10,225 bases of DNA from Escherichia coli (GCF_003334255.1 NZ_QOWU01000085.1); one strand, 5' to 3'; counted from the first letter of the stretch, positions 1-6,359 are shown. Notes: a model not told the origin generated them from the letters alone. Numbers and translations: made by a program.

Positions 1-148
1 GAAAAACGAGTATTTTTAGTCATCCTGTTTACCTCTTTCTCAGGGAGTTTAGTCTCCAGGATTTCCGGGGCGGTTCAGACCAACTAAGGCCATATGCGTT
101 TCCACGCATACCTTTCAACTAGCTATTCACTATTGGAAATCATAAGAA

Positions 149-445
149 ATGACACAAACAAGTTACAGCAAACTATCCCAGCGTGACGTTGATCGCGCAG
201 AAACAGATTTACTCATCAACCTGTCAGCTCTGACGCAAAGGGGACTGGCAAAGATGATTGGCTGCCATGAATCGAAGGTCAGTCGTACCGACTGGCGATA
301 CATCGCGGCGATTTTATGCGCGTTCCAGATGGCATCTGATATCAGTCCGATCAGCCGGGCTTTCCAGCATGCCATTAACGTTCATGCAAATAAAAAACGT
401 CCGGTTGGGGCCGGACGTTCTGAGCAAATCCTGATGAATATCTGA
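149..445 (+). CDS. cII: CII-like transcriptional activator (lambda cII family)
   Basis: 98 aa, about the length of lambda CII. The C-terminus ANKKRPVGAGRSEQILMNI closely parallels what I recall of lambda CII (TNKKRPAATERSEQIQMEF), and the central SKVSRTDW segment parallels CII's DNA-binding region (SQISRWKRDW). It sits directly upstream of the replication genes, as in lambda. Confidence 0.8.
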   Translation: MTQTSYSKLSQRDVDRAETDLLINLSALTQRGLAKMIGCHESKVSRTDWRYIAAILCAFQMASDISPISRAFQHAINVHANKKRPVGAGRSEQILMNI

Positions 446-508
446 TATTCAGGCAGGGCATGGAGCAATACACGGGAATAATTCTGCCACATCTGGAAGA
501 ATTTCGCC

Positions 509-578
509 AGCAACAACACCAACCGCAGCAGCCTGAAGCCGATTGGGTTAACCCGGGAGATACCGGGACCGTCTGCGG
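509..578. repeat. Diverged partial copy of an internal segment of the downstream replication gene (matches 1258..1350)
   Basis: By-eye alignment: agcaacaacaccaaccgcagcagcctgaagccgatt...gggttaacccgggagataccgggaccgtctgcgg versus 1258..1350. The downstream copy has an extra 23 nt bounded by a 10-bp direct repeat gaagccgatt. The upstream copy lies in a 41-codon ORF (460..585). Confidence 0.6.
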
Positions 579-608
579 TATGGAGTAAATCTTGTATGCG
601 AGGGGACT

Positions 609-1691
609 ATGCGTAATTACGCAACAATTTCACCTCAGTTCTGGTTAGGCGATACAGGGCGAAAACTAAGGAAGTCTGGTCCGGAATGTATGGTAGTGGC
701 GTTGTATATGATGACCTCGCCTCATTCCAATATGCTGGGCCTTTATTACCTGCCTGTTTTGTACATTGCTCACGAAACCGGACTTGCTCCTGAAGGGGCT
801 TCTAAGGGGCTTCAAATGGCTTGCGAGGCTGGTTTTTGCAGCTATGACCATGATTCTGAGGTTGTATGGGTGCATGAAATGGCAGCATGGCAGGTTGGTG
901 AATCGCTGAAACCTGGCGATAACCGTTGTGCTGGGGTAAGAAATGAATATTCCGCGTTGCTGGAAAATCCTTTTTTATCATCCTTTTATGATAGATATAA
1001 GGATGATTTCCACCTGGATGTCAGACGTGAATCATGTCGGAAAATTGAAGCCCCTTCAGAGCCCCTTTCAAGCCAAGAACAGGAACAGGAACAGGAACAG
1101 GAAAGGGATAAAACCCTTCTGGTCCATGGCGAAAAAATCGCCACGGACCCACAGGGGGATTTTTGTCCTGTTCTGACTGAACGTCCAGGACCAGATGGCA
1201 CGACACCGGAAGCAGATTCCGGGCGTTGTGTGCAGCAGGTGCTGATCGTCGAACCGGAGCAACAACGCCAACCGCAGCAGCCTGAAGCCGATTCCGCGAT
1301 GAGCGGGAAGCCGATTGGGTTAACCCGGGCGATGCCGGGACCGTCTGCGGGACGAGTTGATTATCCTGACGTGTTCGAACGGGTCTGGCGTGAATATCCG
1401 CATCGGGCAGGGTCAAACCCGAAGAAATCCGCGTTCAATGCCTGGAGGGCCAGATTACGCGAAGGGGTGTCACCGGATGTCGTGCTGGATGGCGTGAGGC
1501 GTTACGCAAGATACCTGGAGGCTACCGGGAAAGCGGGAACTGAATTTGTTCAGCAGGCATCGACGTTTTTTGGCCCGAACAGGAATTTCGAAAATCCGTG
1601 GTCGCTGCCGAAGGCTGGCGCAGTCAGCCTGCGTTGCGTGAATCACATTTCTGAACCGGACACCGAAATTCCGCCGGGTTTCAGGGGGTAA
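609..1691 (+). CDS. Phage replication initiation protein (O-like functional analogue; resembles the so-called replication protein 15 type of lambdoid prophages)
   Basis: 360 aa with SD GAGGGG 4-5 nt before the ATG. It follows cII and is immediately followed by a DnaC-like loader gene. It contains an internal AT-rich segment with inverted and tandem repeats (origin-like) and an acidic (QE)n linker between two domains. The family assignment is from memory only. Confidence 0.6.
   Translation: MRNYATISPQFWLGDTGRKLRKSGPECMVVALYMMTSPHSNMLGLYYLPVLYIAHETGLAPEGASKGLQMACEAGFCSYDHDSEVVWVHEMAAWQVGESLKPGDNRCAGVRNEYSALLENPFLSSFYDRYKDDFHLDVRRESCRKIEAPSEPLSSQEQEQEQEQERDKTLLVHGEKIATDPQGDFCPVLTERPGPDGTTPEADSGRCVQQVLIVEPEQQRQPQQPEADSAMSGKPIGLTRAMPGPSAGRVDYPDVFERVWREYPHRAGSNPKKSAFNAWRARLREGVSPDVVLDGVRRYARYLEATGKAGTEFVQQASTFFGPNRNFENPWSLPKAGAVSLRCVNHISEPDTEIPPGFRG
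977..1007. repeat. Perfect 9-bp inverted repeat (atcatcctt / aaggatgat) with 13-nt AT-rich loop, inside the replication gene
   Basis: Read directly: atcatcctt-ttatgatagatat-aaggatgat, in an AT-rich stretch (about 960..1010) flanked by short direct repeats tcctttt(tt)at. Confidence 0.7.
1077..1106. repeat. Hexanucleotide tandem repeat (GAACAG)x4 plus one degenerate unit, in frame within the replication gene
   Basis: gaacag gaacag gaacag gaacag gaaagg, translated as the QEQEQEQE linker of the 360-aa protein. Confidence 0.9.
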
Positions 1692-1697
1692 TCAGCC

Positions 1698-2438
1698 ATG
1701 AAAAACATTTCGACAGGAGGGATTCTTGAACGGGTGCGCCGTCTGGCACCACCGCACGTGGCAGCACCGTTCCGGACGACCGACGAATGGCGGGAATGGC
1801 AACTGGCTGAGGGCCGGAAGCGCAGCGAGGAAGTTAACCGCCAGAATCACCAGACGCGGGTTGAAAAAATCCTGAATCGTTCGGGCATCCAGCCGCTTCA
1901 CAGGAAGTGCTCATTCGGGAACTACCGGGTGCAGAACGACGGTCAGCGCCATGCTCTGAGCCAGGCGAAATCCATTGTCGATGAATTGATGACCGGTTAT
2001 ACAAACTTCGTGTTCAGCGGGAATCCGGGAACCGGAAAAAATCATCTGGCGGCGGCTGTGGGTAATCGTCTGCTGAAGGCCGGTAAATCCGTGATAGTGG
2101 TCACCGTGGCGGATGTGATGAGCGCGTTACATGCCAGCTATGACGACGGACTGTCAGGGGAAAAATTTTTGCGTGAACTGTGCGAAGTGGACCTCCTGGT
2201 TCTTGACGAAATTGGCATCCAGCGTGAGACGAAAAACGAGCAGGTGGTACTGCACCAGATTGTTGACCGCCGGACGGCATCACTGCGCAGTGTCGGGATG
2301 CTGACAAACCTGAATCATGCCGCAATGAGCACGCTTCTTGGTGAGAGGATTATGGACCGGATGACCATGAACGGTGGTCGTTGGGTGAATTTTAACTGGG
2401 AGAGCTGGCGGTCAAACGTTGGACGTCAGGGTATGTGA
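1698..2438 (+). CDS. DnaC-like replicative helicase loader (AAA+ ATPase, IstB/DnaC family)
   Basis: 246 aa with Walker A GNPGTGKNHLAAA and Walker B LLVLDEIG. The start is 7 nt after the stop of the initiator gene, with SD AGGGGG upstream. This is the classic position of the lambda P analogue in phi80/Rac-type replication modules. Confidence 0.85.
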   Translation: MKNISTGGILERVRRLAPPHVAAPFRTTDEWREWQLAEGRKRSEEVNRQNHQTRVEKILNRSGIQPLHRKCSFGNYRVQNDGQRHALSQAKSIVDELMTGYTNFVFSGNPGTGKNHLAAAVGNRLLKAGKSVIVVTVADVMSALHASYDDGLSGEKFLRELCEVDLLVLDEIGIQRETKNEQVVLHQIVDRRTASLRSVGMLTNLNHAAMSTLLGERIMDRMTMNGGRWVNFNWESWRSNVGRQGM

Positions 2439-2463
2439 GAATTTTTGACGAGGTAAATTTTCG

Positions 2464-3234
2464 ATGGAAACCGTATTGCATGCACTGAAAGCGATGGGAA
2501 AAGCCAATTCTGTTGAACTGGCGGCGCGGCTTGATATCAGCCGTGAAGAAGTTCTCAACGAACTGTGGGAGCTCAAAAAAAATGGCGTTGTTGATAAAAC
2601 GGGTCACACCTGGTTTCTGGCTGTCGAAGGTGAAGCCGGGGTAACCGAAGAGCGGCCAGTAAAATCTGAAACACAGGATATGCTGACCGAAGAGGTCGCT
2701 CCAAAAGTTAGCGCTGACATGATGATTGAGTTTATCTCTCAGGAGGGGGCTAAAACCTGTGAAGAAATAGCGGGTAAGTTCGGAGTTACCACTCGCAAGG
2801 TTGCTTCCACGCTGGCGGTGGTAACCGCAACGGGGCGGCTGGCACGCGTTAATCAGAACGGTAAATTTCGTTACTGCATGCCGGGGGGTAATTTACCAGC
2901 AGATCCGAAAACCGCGCCGGTAACGGAAAATGATGGTAAGGCCTTTCCTCAGCCAGCAGGTGCTGCGTTACCAGTCCGGGAAGCCGCAACACAGGAAGAA
3001 ATTAAAACAGAAACTGTGGCGGACATTGTGCAGCCGTTGCCATCGTTTACCGAAACGCAAGCAGATGAGCTGATTTTTCCGTCCCTTCGCAGGGCAAACC
3101 TGGCGCTGCGCAGGGCGAAAAGTGATGTTCAGAAGTGGGAGCGAGTCTGCGCCGCGCTGCGGGAGCTGAATAAACACCGGGATATTTTCAGTTCGATTGC
3201 TGATATTCCGGTTCATTCACCGACAACAAAGTGA
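2464..3234 (+). CDS. Hypothetical phage protein with two winged-helix-like N-terminal modules
   Basis: 256 aa, ATG with GAGG 10 nt upstream. Two similar HTH-like segments (about residues 1-55 and 85-135) are followed by a low-complexity linker and a basic helical C-terminus. No family recognised. Confidence 0.6.
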   Translation: METVLHALKAMGKANSVELAARLDISREEVLNELWELKKNGVVDKTGHTWFLAVEGEAGVTEERPVKSETQDMLTEEVAPKVSADMMIEFISQEGAKTCEEIAGKFGVTTRKVASTLAVVTATGRLARVNQNGKFRYCMPGGNLPADPKTAPVTENDGKAFPQPAGAALPVREAATQEEIKTETVADIVQPLPSFTETQADELIFPSLRRANLALRRAKSDVQKWERVCAALRELNKHRDIFSSIADIPVHSPTTK

Positions 3235-3249
3235 TCTCCGGAGGTGCTT

Positions 3250-3681
3250 ATGACAAGAGCATTTACACCAGAAGAGCGGGAAAAAATTAAGGGGCTGATC
3301 GTGGAGTTCGTACGCCTTAACGGACGAGGCACGATTCGGCAGTTATCGGATGAAATTGGTGTCAGTCATGCGTCTGTCGGTCGTTTATGCATGGAGCTGG
3401 CCGCCAGTGGTGATGTTTACAATTCCGGTTACGGAGTATTCCCGTCTGAACAGGCTCGTAAGGACTGGCAAAATGCCCGCAAAAAACTCTCAAGGGCAAA
3501 GTCGAAGAAACCGGTTGTCGTTGATCCAGACCTTATCCGGGCATTACCAGATGGGGAAATACGGCGCTACGACAGACGCTACAACACAATTTGTCGCGAG
3601 TGCCGTAACAGCGAAACGATGCAGCGTGTGCTGGCATTCTGGCGAGGGAGTGCAGAGGGATTGATGTTCTCCCCGTCGTGA
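3250..3681 (+). CDS. Hypothetical HTH-containing phage protein
   Basis: 143 aa from ATG 3250 with SD GGAGG 5 nt upstream (the track ORF starts 6 nt earlier at a GTG). The N-terminus IRQLSDEIGVSHASVGRLCMEL is HTH-like; the C-terminus has a CxxC pair. Confidence 0.55.
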   Translation: MTRAFTPEEREKIKGLIVEFVRLNGRGTIRQLSDEIGVSHASVGRLCMELAASGDVYNSGYGVFPSEQARKDWQNARKKLSRAKSKKPVVVDPDLIRALPDGEIRRYDRRYNTICRECRNSETMQRVLAFWRGSAEGLMFSPS

Positions 3682-3690
3682 ATGACGGGG
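3671..3690. terminator. Hairpin between convergent genes (ccccgtc-gtgaat-gacgggg), overlapping the stop codon at 3679..3681
   Basis: 7-bp perfect stem with 6-nt loop, read directly. There is no clear U-tract on either strand, so its terminator function is uncertain. Confidence 0.35.
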
Positions 3691-3713
3691 GCTTACGTGT
3701 TCAGAAAAGTGAT

Positions 3714-4388
3714 TCATATAGAGGCTGAATCTGATCTTTTTTGTTCACGTCTGGCTTCCACCATTGCAGGCAGAGTGAAGGCGTAGACTAAAAACATTTC
3801 GGTAAAACTCAGGATCTGGCTTGCCTCAATTGGTGTGAAAACTTCATCTGTATGAACTGCTTTATTGGCATCAATTCGTACAATATGAGCCCATTCCTTC
3901 ATCTGTTCAGTGATCAGGCCTTTTTTGTAAATCATCTGAATACGTTGCGACAGCGATTCTTTTCCTGCTTCATCGCCGAGCAGTTTTTTCGTGGAGATAT
4001 CGAGGACTCTGCGACAAAGAATAACCACTGTGTCGTACCGCCTCCTCTGTAAATCCTCTTTTGCCTCAACAAAAGTACGGTCTGCAACCGGGGGCGTATA
4101 TTCTGGTGCGGTAATTTTTTTGACCACAGGATAGATCTTGCGGAAACGGTACTGGCTATTTCCTGAAATCAGAATATCGAGGTCTTTTTTCTGGCTTTCC
4201 GCCATGGGACCGTGATAGTGGTCTGATGGGATTTCAACAATAGCAACACCTCCTCGATGACAACTTCTGCATACAAAAGCGACGTTAAAAAAAGGTGTTT
4301 TTTCAATTTGTTTTTCGGCAAATGCCTCAATAACAGCTCGCTCTTTTAAACAGTGCGGGCATGTGATATCAAAGGAGACTAAACCCAT
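3714..4388 (-). CDS. Zinc-ribbon / DUF4145-like protein, candidate single-gene defence (abortive-infection-type) factor
   Basis: 225 aa from the ATG at 4388, with SD GAGGAA 5 nt upstream on the minus strand; the track ORF extends to 4460 without any SD. The N-terminus has CPHC...CRSC (4-Cys ribbon). The C-terminal ~100 aa (RRVLDISTKKLLGDEAG...IVRIDANKAVHTDEVFTPIEASQILSFTEMFLVYAF) matches my recollection of the DUF4145 consensus (R..GN.aaH followed by EA...L). It is on the opposite strand to flanking phage genes and in visibly lower-GC sequence. Confidence 0.7.
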   Translation of the reverse strand: MGLVSFDITCPHCLKERAVIEAFAEKQIEKTPFFNVAFVCRSCHRGGVAIVEIPSDHYHGPMAESQKKDLDILISGNSQYRFRKIYPVVKKITAPEYTPPVADRTFVEAKEDLQRRRYDTVVILCRRVLDISTKKLLGDEAGKESLSQRIQMIYKKGLITEQMKEWAHIVRIDANKAVHTDEVFTPIEASQILSFTEMFLVYAFTLPAMVEARREQKRSDSASI

Positions 4389-4632
4389 GGATATTCCTCG
4401 CGAAATTAAAGAAATTAACGAAATCATTGAGGTTACTGATCGCCCCGAGTTTACCCTCATGCGTCGTTATGAAACAGGAACCGACGAACAAAAATACATC
4501 ATGGTTGCAGCATTGGCTGTGATGGCGATAGAAAGGGAGCGAAGGGAAAAGGACGTAATGGTTATTCCTGAGAGAAATGATTCACCGGATTTGAGATGGC
4601 AGGAGCCGGAGTGGGATGTGGTAATCCGGTGA
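4387..4632 (+). CDS. Small acidic hypothetical protein (81 aa), divergent from the DUF4145-like gene
   Basis: ATG at 4387 with SD AGGAG 9 nt upstream, ending at a GC hairpin shared with the convergent antitoxin gene. Its start codon overlaps the minus-strand start inside the palindrome CCATGG. No family recognised; it could be spurious. Confidence 0.35.
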   Translation: MDIPREIKEINEIIEVTDRPEFTLMRRYETGTDEQKYIMVAALAVMAIERERREKDVMVIPERNDSPDLRWQEPEWDVVIR

Positions 4633-4653
4633 TTGATATTTCTCTGGGGTAAA

Positions 4654-4674
4654 GCGCCGCCAGAATGACGGCGC
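4654..4674. terminator. GC-rich hairpin (gcgccg-ccagaatga-cggcgc) between convergent genes
   Basis: 6-bp GC stem read directly. On the minus strand it is followed by TTTACCCC, so it may terminate the toxin-antitoxin transcript; the U-tract is weak. Confidence 0.3.
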
Positions 4675-4686
4675 GGTAGTGGAGAG

Positions 4687-4995
4687 TTAAACGAAGCGGA
4701 TCTGGAGTTTTTTCCCTGTAGCACGGGCGAATTTTTTCAGTGTGGCAAATGATGGGCCGCTTGTACCTGATGCAAGATTGCTTTCCATTCTGGTTATCGC
4801 AGTCGCTTTTGTTCCCATACGTTCAGCAACTTCAGCCTGGGTTAAGCCAGCTTCTTTTCGTGCTGCCAGCATTTCATCAAGTAGTGCGAATTCATCGGCG
4901 ATGGCGTCGTATTCTGCTTTTACTGCGGGGTTAGACAACATTTTTTCTACCATATCATCGTGTGTCATGGTAGGTGGGGTACGTTTACCAGTCAT
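4687..4995 (-). CDS. HTH (XRE-like) antitoxin of a type II toxin-antitoxin pair
   Basis: 102 aa with a strong SD AAGGAGG 6 nt upstream on the minus strand. The HTH GLTQAEVAERMGTKATAITRMES is preceded by a helical N-terminal region. Its start overlaps the 3' end of the upstream toxin gene by 11 nt. Confidence 0.8.
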   Translation of the reverse strand: MTGKRTPPTMTHDDMVEKMLSNPAVKAEYDAIADEFALLDEMLAARKEAGLTQAEVAERMGTKATAITRMESNLASGTSGPSFATLKKFARATGKKLQIRFV

Positions 4996-5326
4996 GCTTA
5001 ACCTCCTTCATTCTGGTTTCAGCTTTTCTAAGCTCGGCAGGTGGAGTTTTTTGCGTTTTCTTTACAAAGCTATGCAACATAATGATTCGCTTTCCTTTTA
5101 GCGTGCAGTAAAAAACACGCCCTATGCCTTCCGAGCCCTTAAGGCGGATTTCAAACAAACCGTCGCCAAATGCCTCTGTATGCGGGGAACCAAGATTAGC
5201 TCCGTAAATACGCATTTTCTCCGTGTACCGAATGTACCGGGCTTGTAAGGTCTCAGGAAGAGAAAGGATCTCAGCTTCAACCTCGTCACTGTAGTATTCG
5301 ATAATGTAGTTCATGAGAGTAAACAT
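4985..5326 (-). CDS. RelE/ParE-superfamily toxin (Gp49/HigB-like) of a type II toxin-antitoxin pair
   Basis: 113 aa from the ATG at 5326. The C-terminal half GRVFYCTLKGKRIIMLHSFVKKTQKTPPAELRKAETRMKEV fits the Gp49/HigB-type pattern. The toxin-first gene order and 11-nt overlap with the antitoxin are typical of HigBA-type modules. The GTG-initiated 42-codon extension in the track ORF is not expected for this family. Confidence 0.8.
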   Translation of the reverse strand: MFTLMNYIIEYYSDEVEAEILSLPETLQARYIRYTEKMRIYGANLGSPHTEAFGDGLFEIRLKGSEGIGRVFYCTLKGKRIIMLHSFVKKTQKTPPAELRKAETRMKEVKHDW

Positions 5327-5338
5327 AACAAATTTGTT
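5327..5338. promoter_or_regulatory. Perfect 12-bp palindrome AACAAATTTGTT immediately upstream of the toxin start; candidate operator
   Basis: Read directly. It lies between a -10-like TATATA (minus strand) and the toxin ATG. Type II antitoxins typically autoregulate through palindromic operators. Confidence 0.4.
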
Positions 5339-5356
5339 ATATACATTCAAGGTATG

Positions 5357-5386
5357 TTGACGACAACACATATCCGGGATTATATT
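5357..5386 (+). promoter_or_regulatory. Sigma70-like promoter (TTGACG-N17-TTATAT) on the + strand, back-to-back with the minus-strand toxin promoter
   Basis: ttgacg at 5357..5362 and ttatat/tatatt at 5380..5386, read directly. On the minus strand TTGTCG-N17-TATATA sits just upstream of the toxin ATG. Confidence 0.4.
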
Positions 5387-5448
5387 CTTCGCACGCCAGC
5401 AAAATCTGGCGTCGGGATTAGGAACCCCGGATAGAAACCGCGACAGAG

Positions 5449-5470
5449 ACACGCCGCGAGCGTGTTTTTT
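5449..5470 (+). terminator. Intrinsic terminator (acacgc-cgcga-gcgtgt followed by TTTTT)
   Basis: 6-bp stem, 5-nt loop and T5 tract, read directly. It lies about 60-80 nt downstream of the + strand promoter, which would delimit a short transcript. Confidence 0.55.
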
Positions 5471-5633
5471 ATTGTCGTATGCACACGCACATCTGAATTA
5501 TGGTGGGGCGTATAGGGGAGCTGAAAAGCTCGCCGGTTGGTTTCCCGGTAGTTCCTAACCCTGTACGTCTCGCCACCCGATGATTAGGAACCTGACGGTG
5601 GTGATAGTTTAGAAACCACTCGAGGGCGTCATT

Positions 5634-6305
5634 ATGACAACTCAAGTTTCTGTTGAAACACTCTCCACGATTACTTACAAGCAGATCCCCGTTATCACTA
5701 CCGAACTTTTGGCGCACCTTTACGGCACAGAAGCTATTCGTATTCGCCAGAATCACCACGAAAACAAAGGTCGTTTCATTGAGGAAAAACACTTCTTCAA
5801 ACTTGAAGGTGAAACTTTACGTGAGTTCAAGCACAGAGTAGCTTTTAACTACTCTGTGAAAATTGCCCGTAACGTTCGCTCCCTCATCCTATGGACAGAA
5901 CGCGGCGCAGCCCGTCATGCAAAAATGCTCGAAACCGATCGGGCGTGGGAAGTGTTCGAAAAACTGGAAGACTGCTATTTCAGCCAGGGAAAAACAACAC
6001 AAACCGAACAGCAGTCGCAGATTCAGCCACAATTCACAGCCGAGGAAATCATCCTCCTTTGCTACATGCAACTCTGGATGGAAAAAGCCCAGGACCTTAA
6101 CAAGCAGCTGTACCCCATAATGAAAGAGCTGAACTCCTCATACACGAACAAGCTGTATGACATTGCGTTTGAGACTATCTACATGGTGACGAAGAACAGA
6201 GACGCGCTACTAAGGGAGGTAACACGTCTCGACATGTCAAGTTCCGTTATCCAGCGGGCCATGCCAATGCTGAAAAGCCTGCGGGCAAGACAATTTGAAT
6301 TCTGA
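5634..6305 (+). CDS. Roi-like DNA-binding protein (ORF6N-type N-terminal domain, antirepressor-like)
   Basis: 223 aa with SD GAGGG 7 nt upstream. The N-terminal region (TELLAHLYGTEAIRIRQNHHENKGRFIEEKHFFKLEGE...LILWTERGAARHAKMLETDRAWEVFEKL) resembles the ORF6N/Roi-type domain as I recall it. It sits just before ninB, as roi-like genes do in HK022-type nin regions. Confidence 0.55.
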   Translation: MTTQVSVETLSTITYKQIPVITTELLAHLYGTEAIRIRQNHHENKGRFIEEKHFFKLEGETLREFKHRVAFNYSVKIARNVRSLILWTERGAARHAKMLETDRAWEVFEKLEDCYFSQGKTTQTEQQSQIQPQFTAEEIILLCYMQLWMEKAQDLNKQLYPIMKELNSSYTNKLYDIAFETIYMVTKNRDALLREVTRLDMSSSVIQRAMPMLKSLRARQFEF

Positions 6306-6311
6306 AACTAA

Positions 6312-6333
6312 AGGAGCTTCGGCTCCTTTTTTG
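6312..6333 (+). terminator. Intrinsic terminator (aggagc-ttcg-gctcct followed by TTTTTTG)
   Basis: Perfect 6-bp stem, tetraloop and T6 tract, beginning 7 nt after the roi-like stop codon. This is the position of the nin-region terminators (tR2-like) in lambda. Confidence 0.7.
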
Positions 6334-6359
6334 TTGGGAAAATCCAGTGAGAGGGAATA

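Noticed and set aside
1077-1106. The GAACAG repeat as a CRISPR or iteron array
   Set aside because: The units are contiguous 6-mers without spacers and lie in frame within a CDS as a (QE)n linker; not a CRISPR. Iteron function is possible but unproven and is covered in the origin finding.
666-1416. Several ORFs in other frames or on the minus strand inside the replication gene (666..875 -, 943..1176 +, 986..1201 -, 1021..1416 -, 1068..1271 -)
   Set aside because: They overlap a well-supported 360-aa gene. Their repetitive compositions (CSCSCS, PVPVPV, NRNRNR, LFLFLF) are simply alternative-frame readings of the (GAACAG)n repeat.
3350-3664. + strand ORF of 104 aa
   Set aside because: Entirely nested in a different frame inside the 3250..3681 gene, which has the better start context and an HTH motif.
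4389-4460. N-terminal extension of the DUF4145-like ORF to the ATG at 4460 (248 aa)
   Set aside because: No Shine-Dalgarno sequence before 4460 or 4427, whereas the ATG at 4388 has GAGGAA at ideal spacing and places the zinc ribbon at the N-terminus.
4467-4724. Minus-strand ORF of 85 aa
   Set aside because: Ser/Arg-rich low-complexity translation that overlaps the antitoxin gene and the + strand small ORF; no start context.
5327-5452. GTG-initiated 42-codon extension of the toxin ORF (track ORF 4985..5452)
   Set aside because: RelE/ParE/Gp49-type toxins are about 90-120 aa. The extension would run across the divergent promoter, the palindromic operator and into the + strand terminator, and it has no RBS.
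5469-5792. Minus-strand ORF of 107 aa
   Set aside because: It overlaps the start of the roi-like gene and an intergenic terminator and has no RBS; likely a chance ORF.
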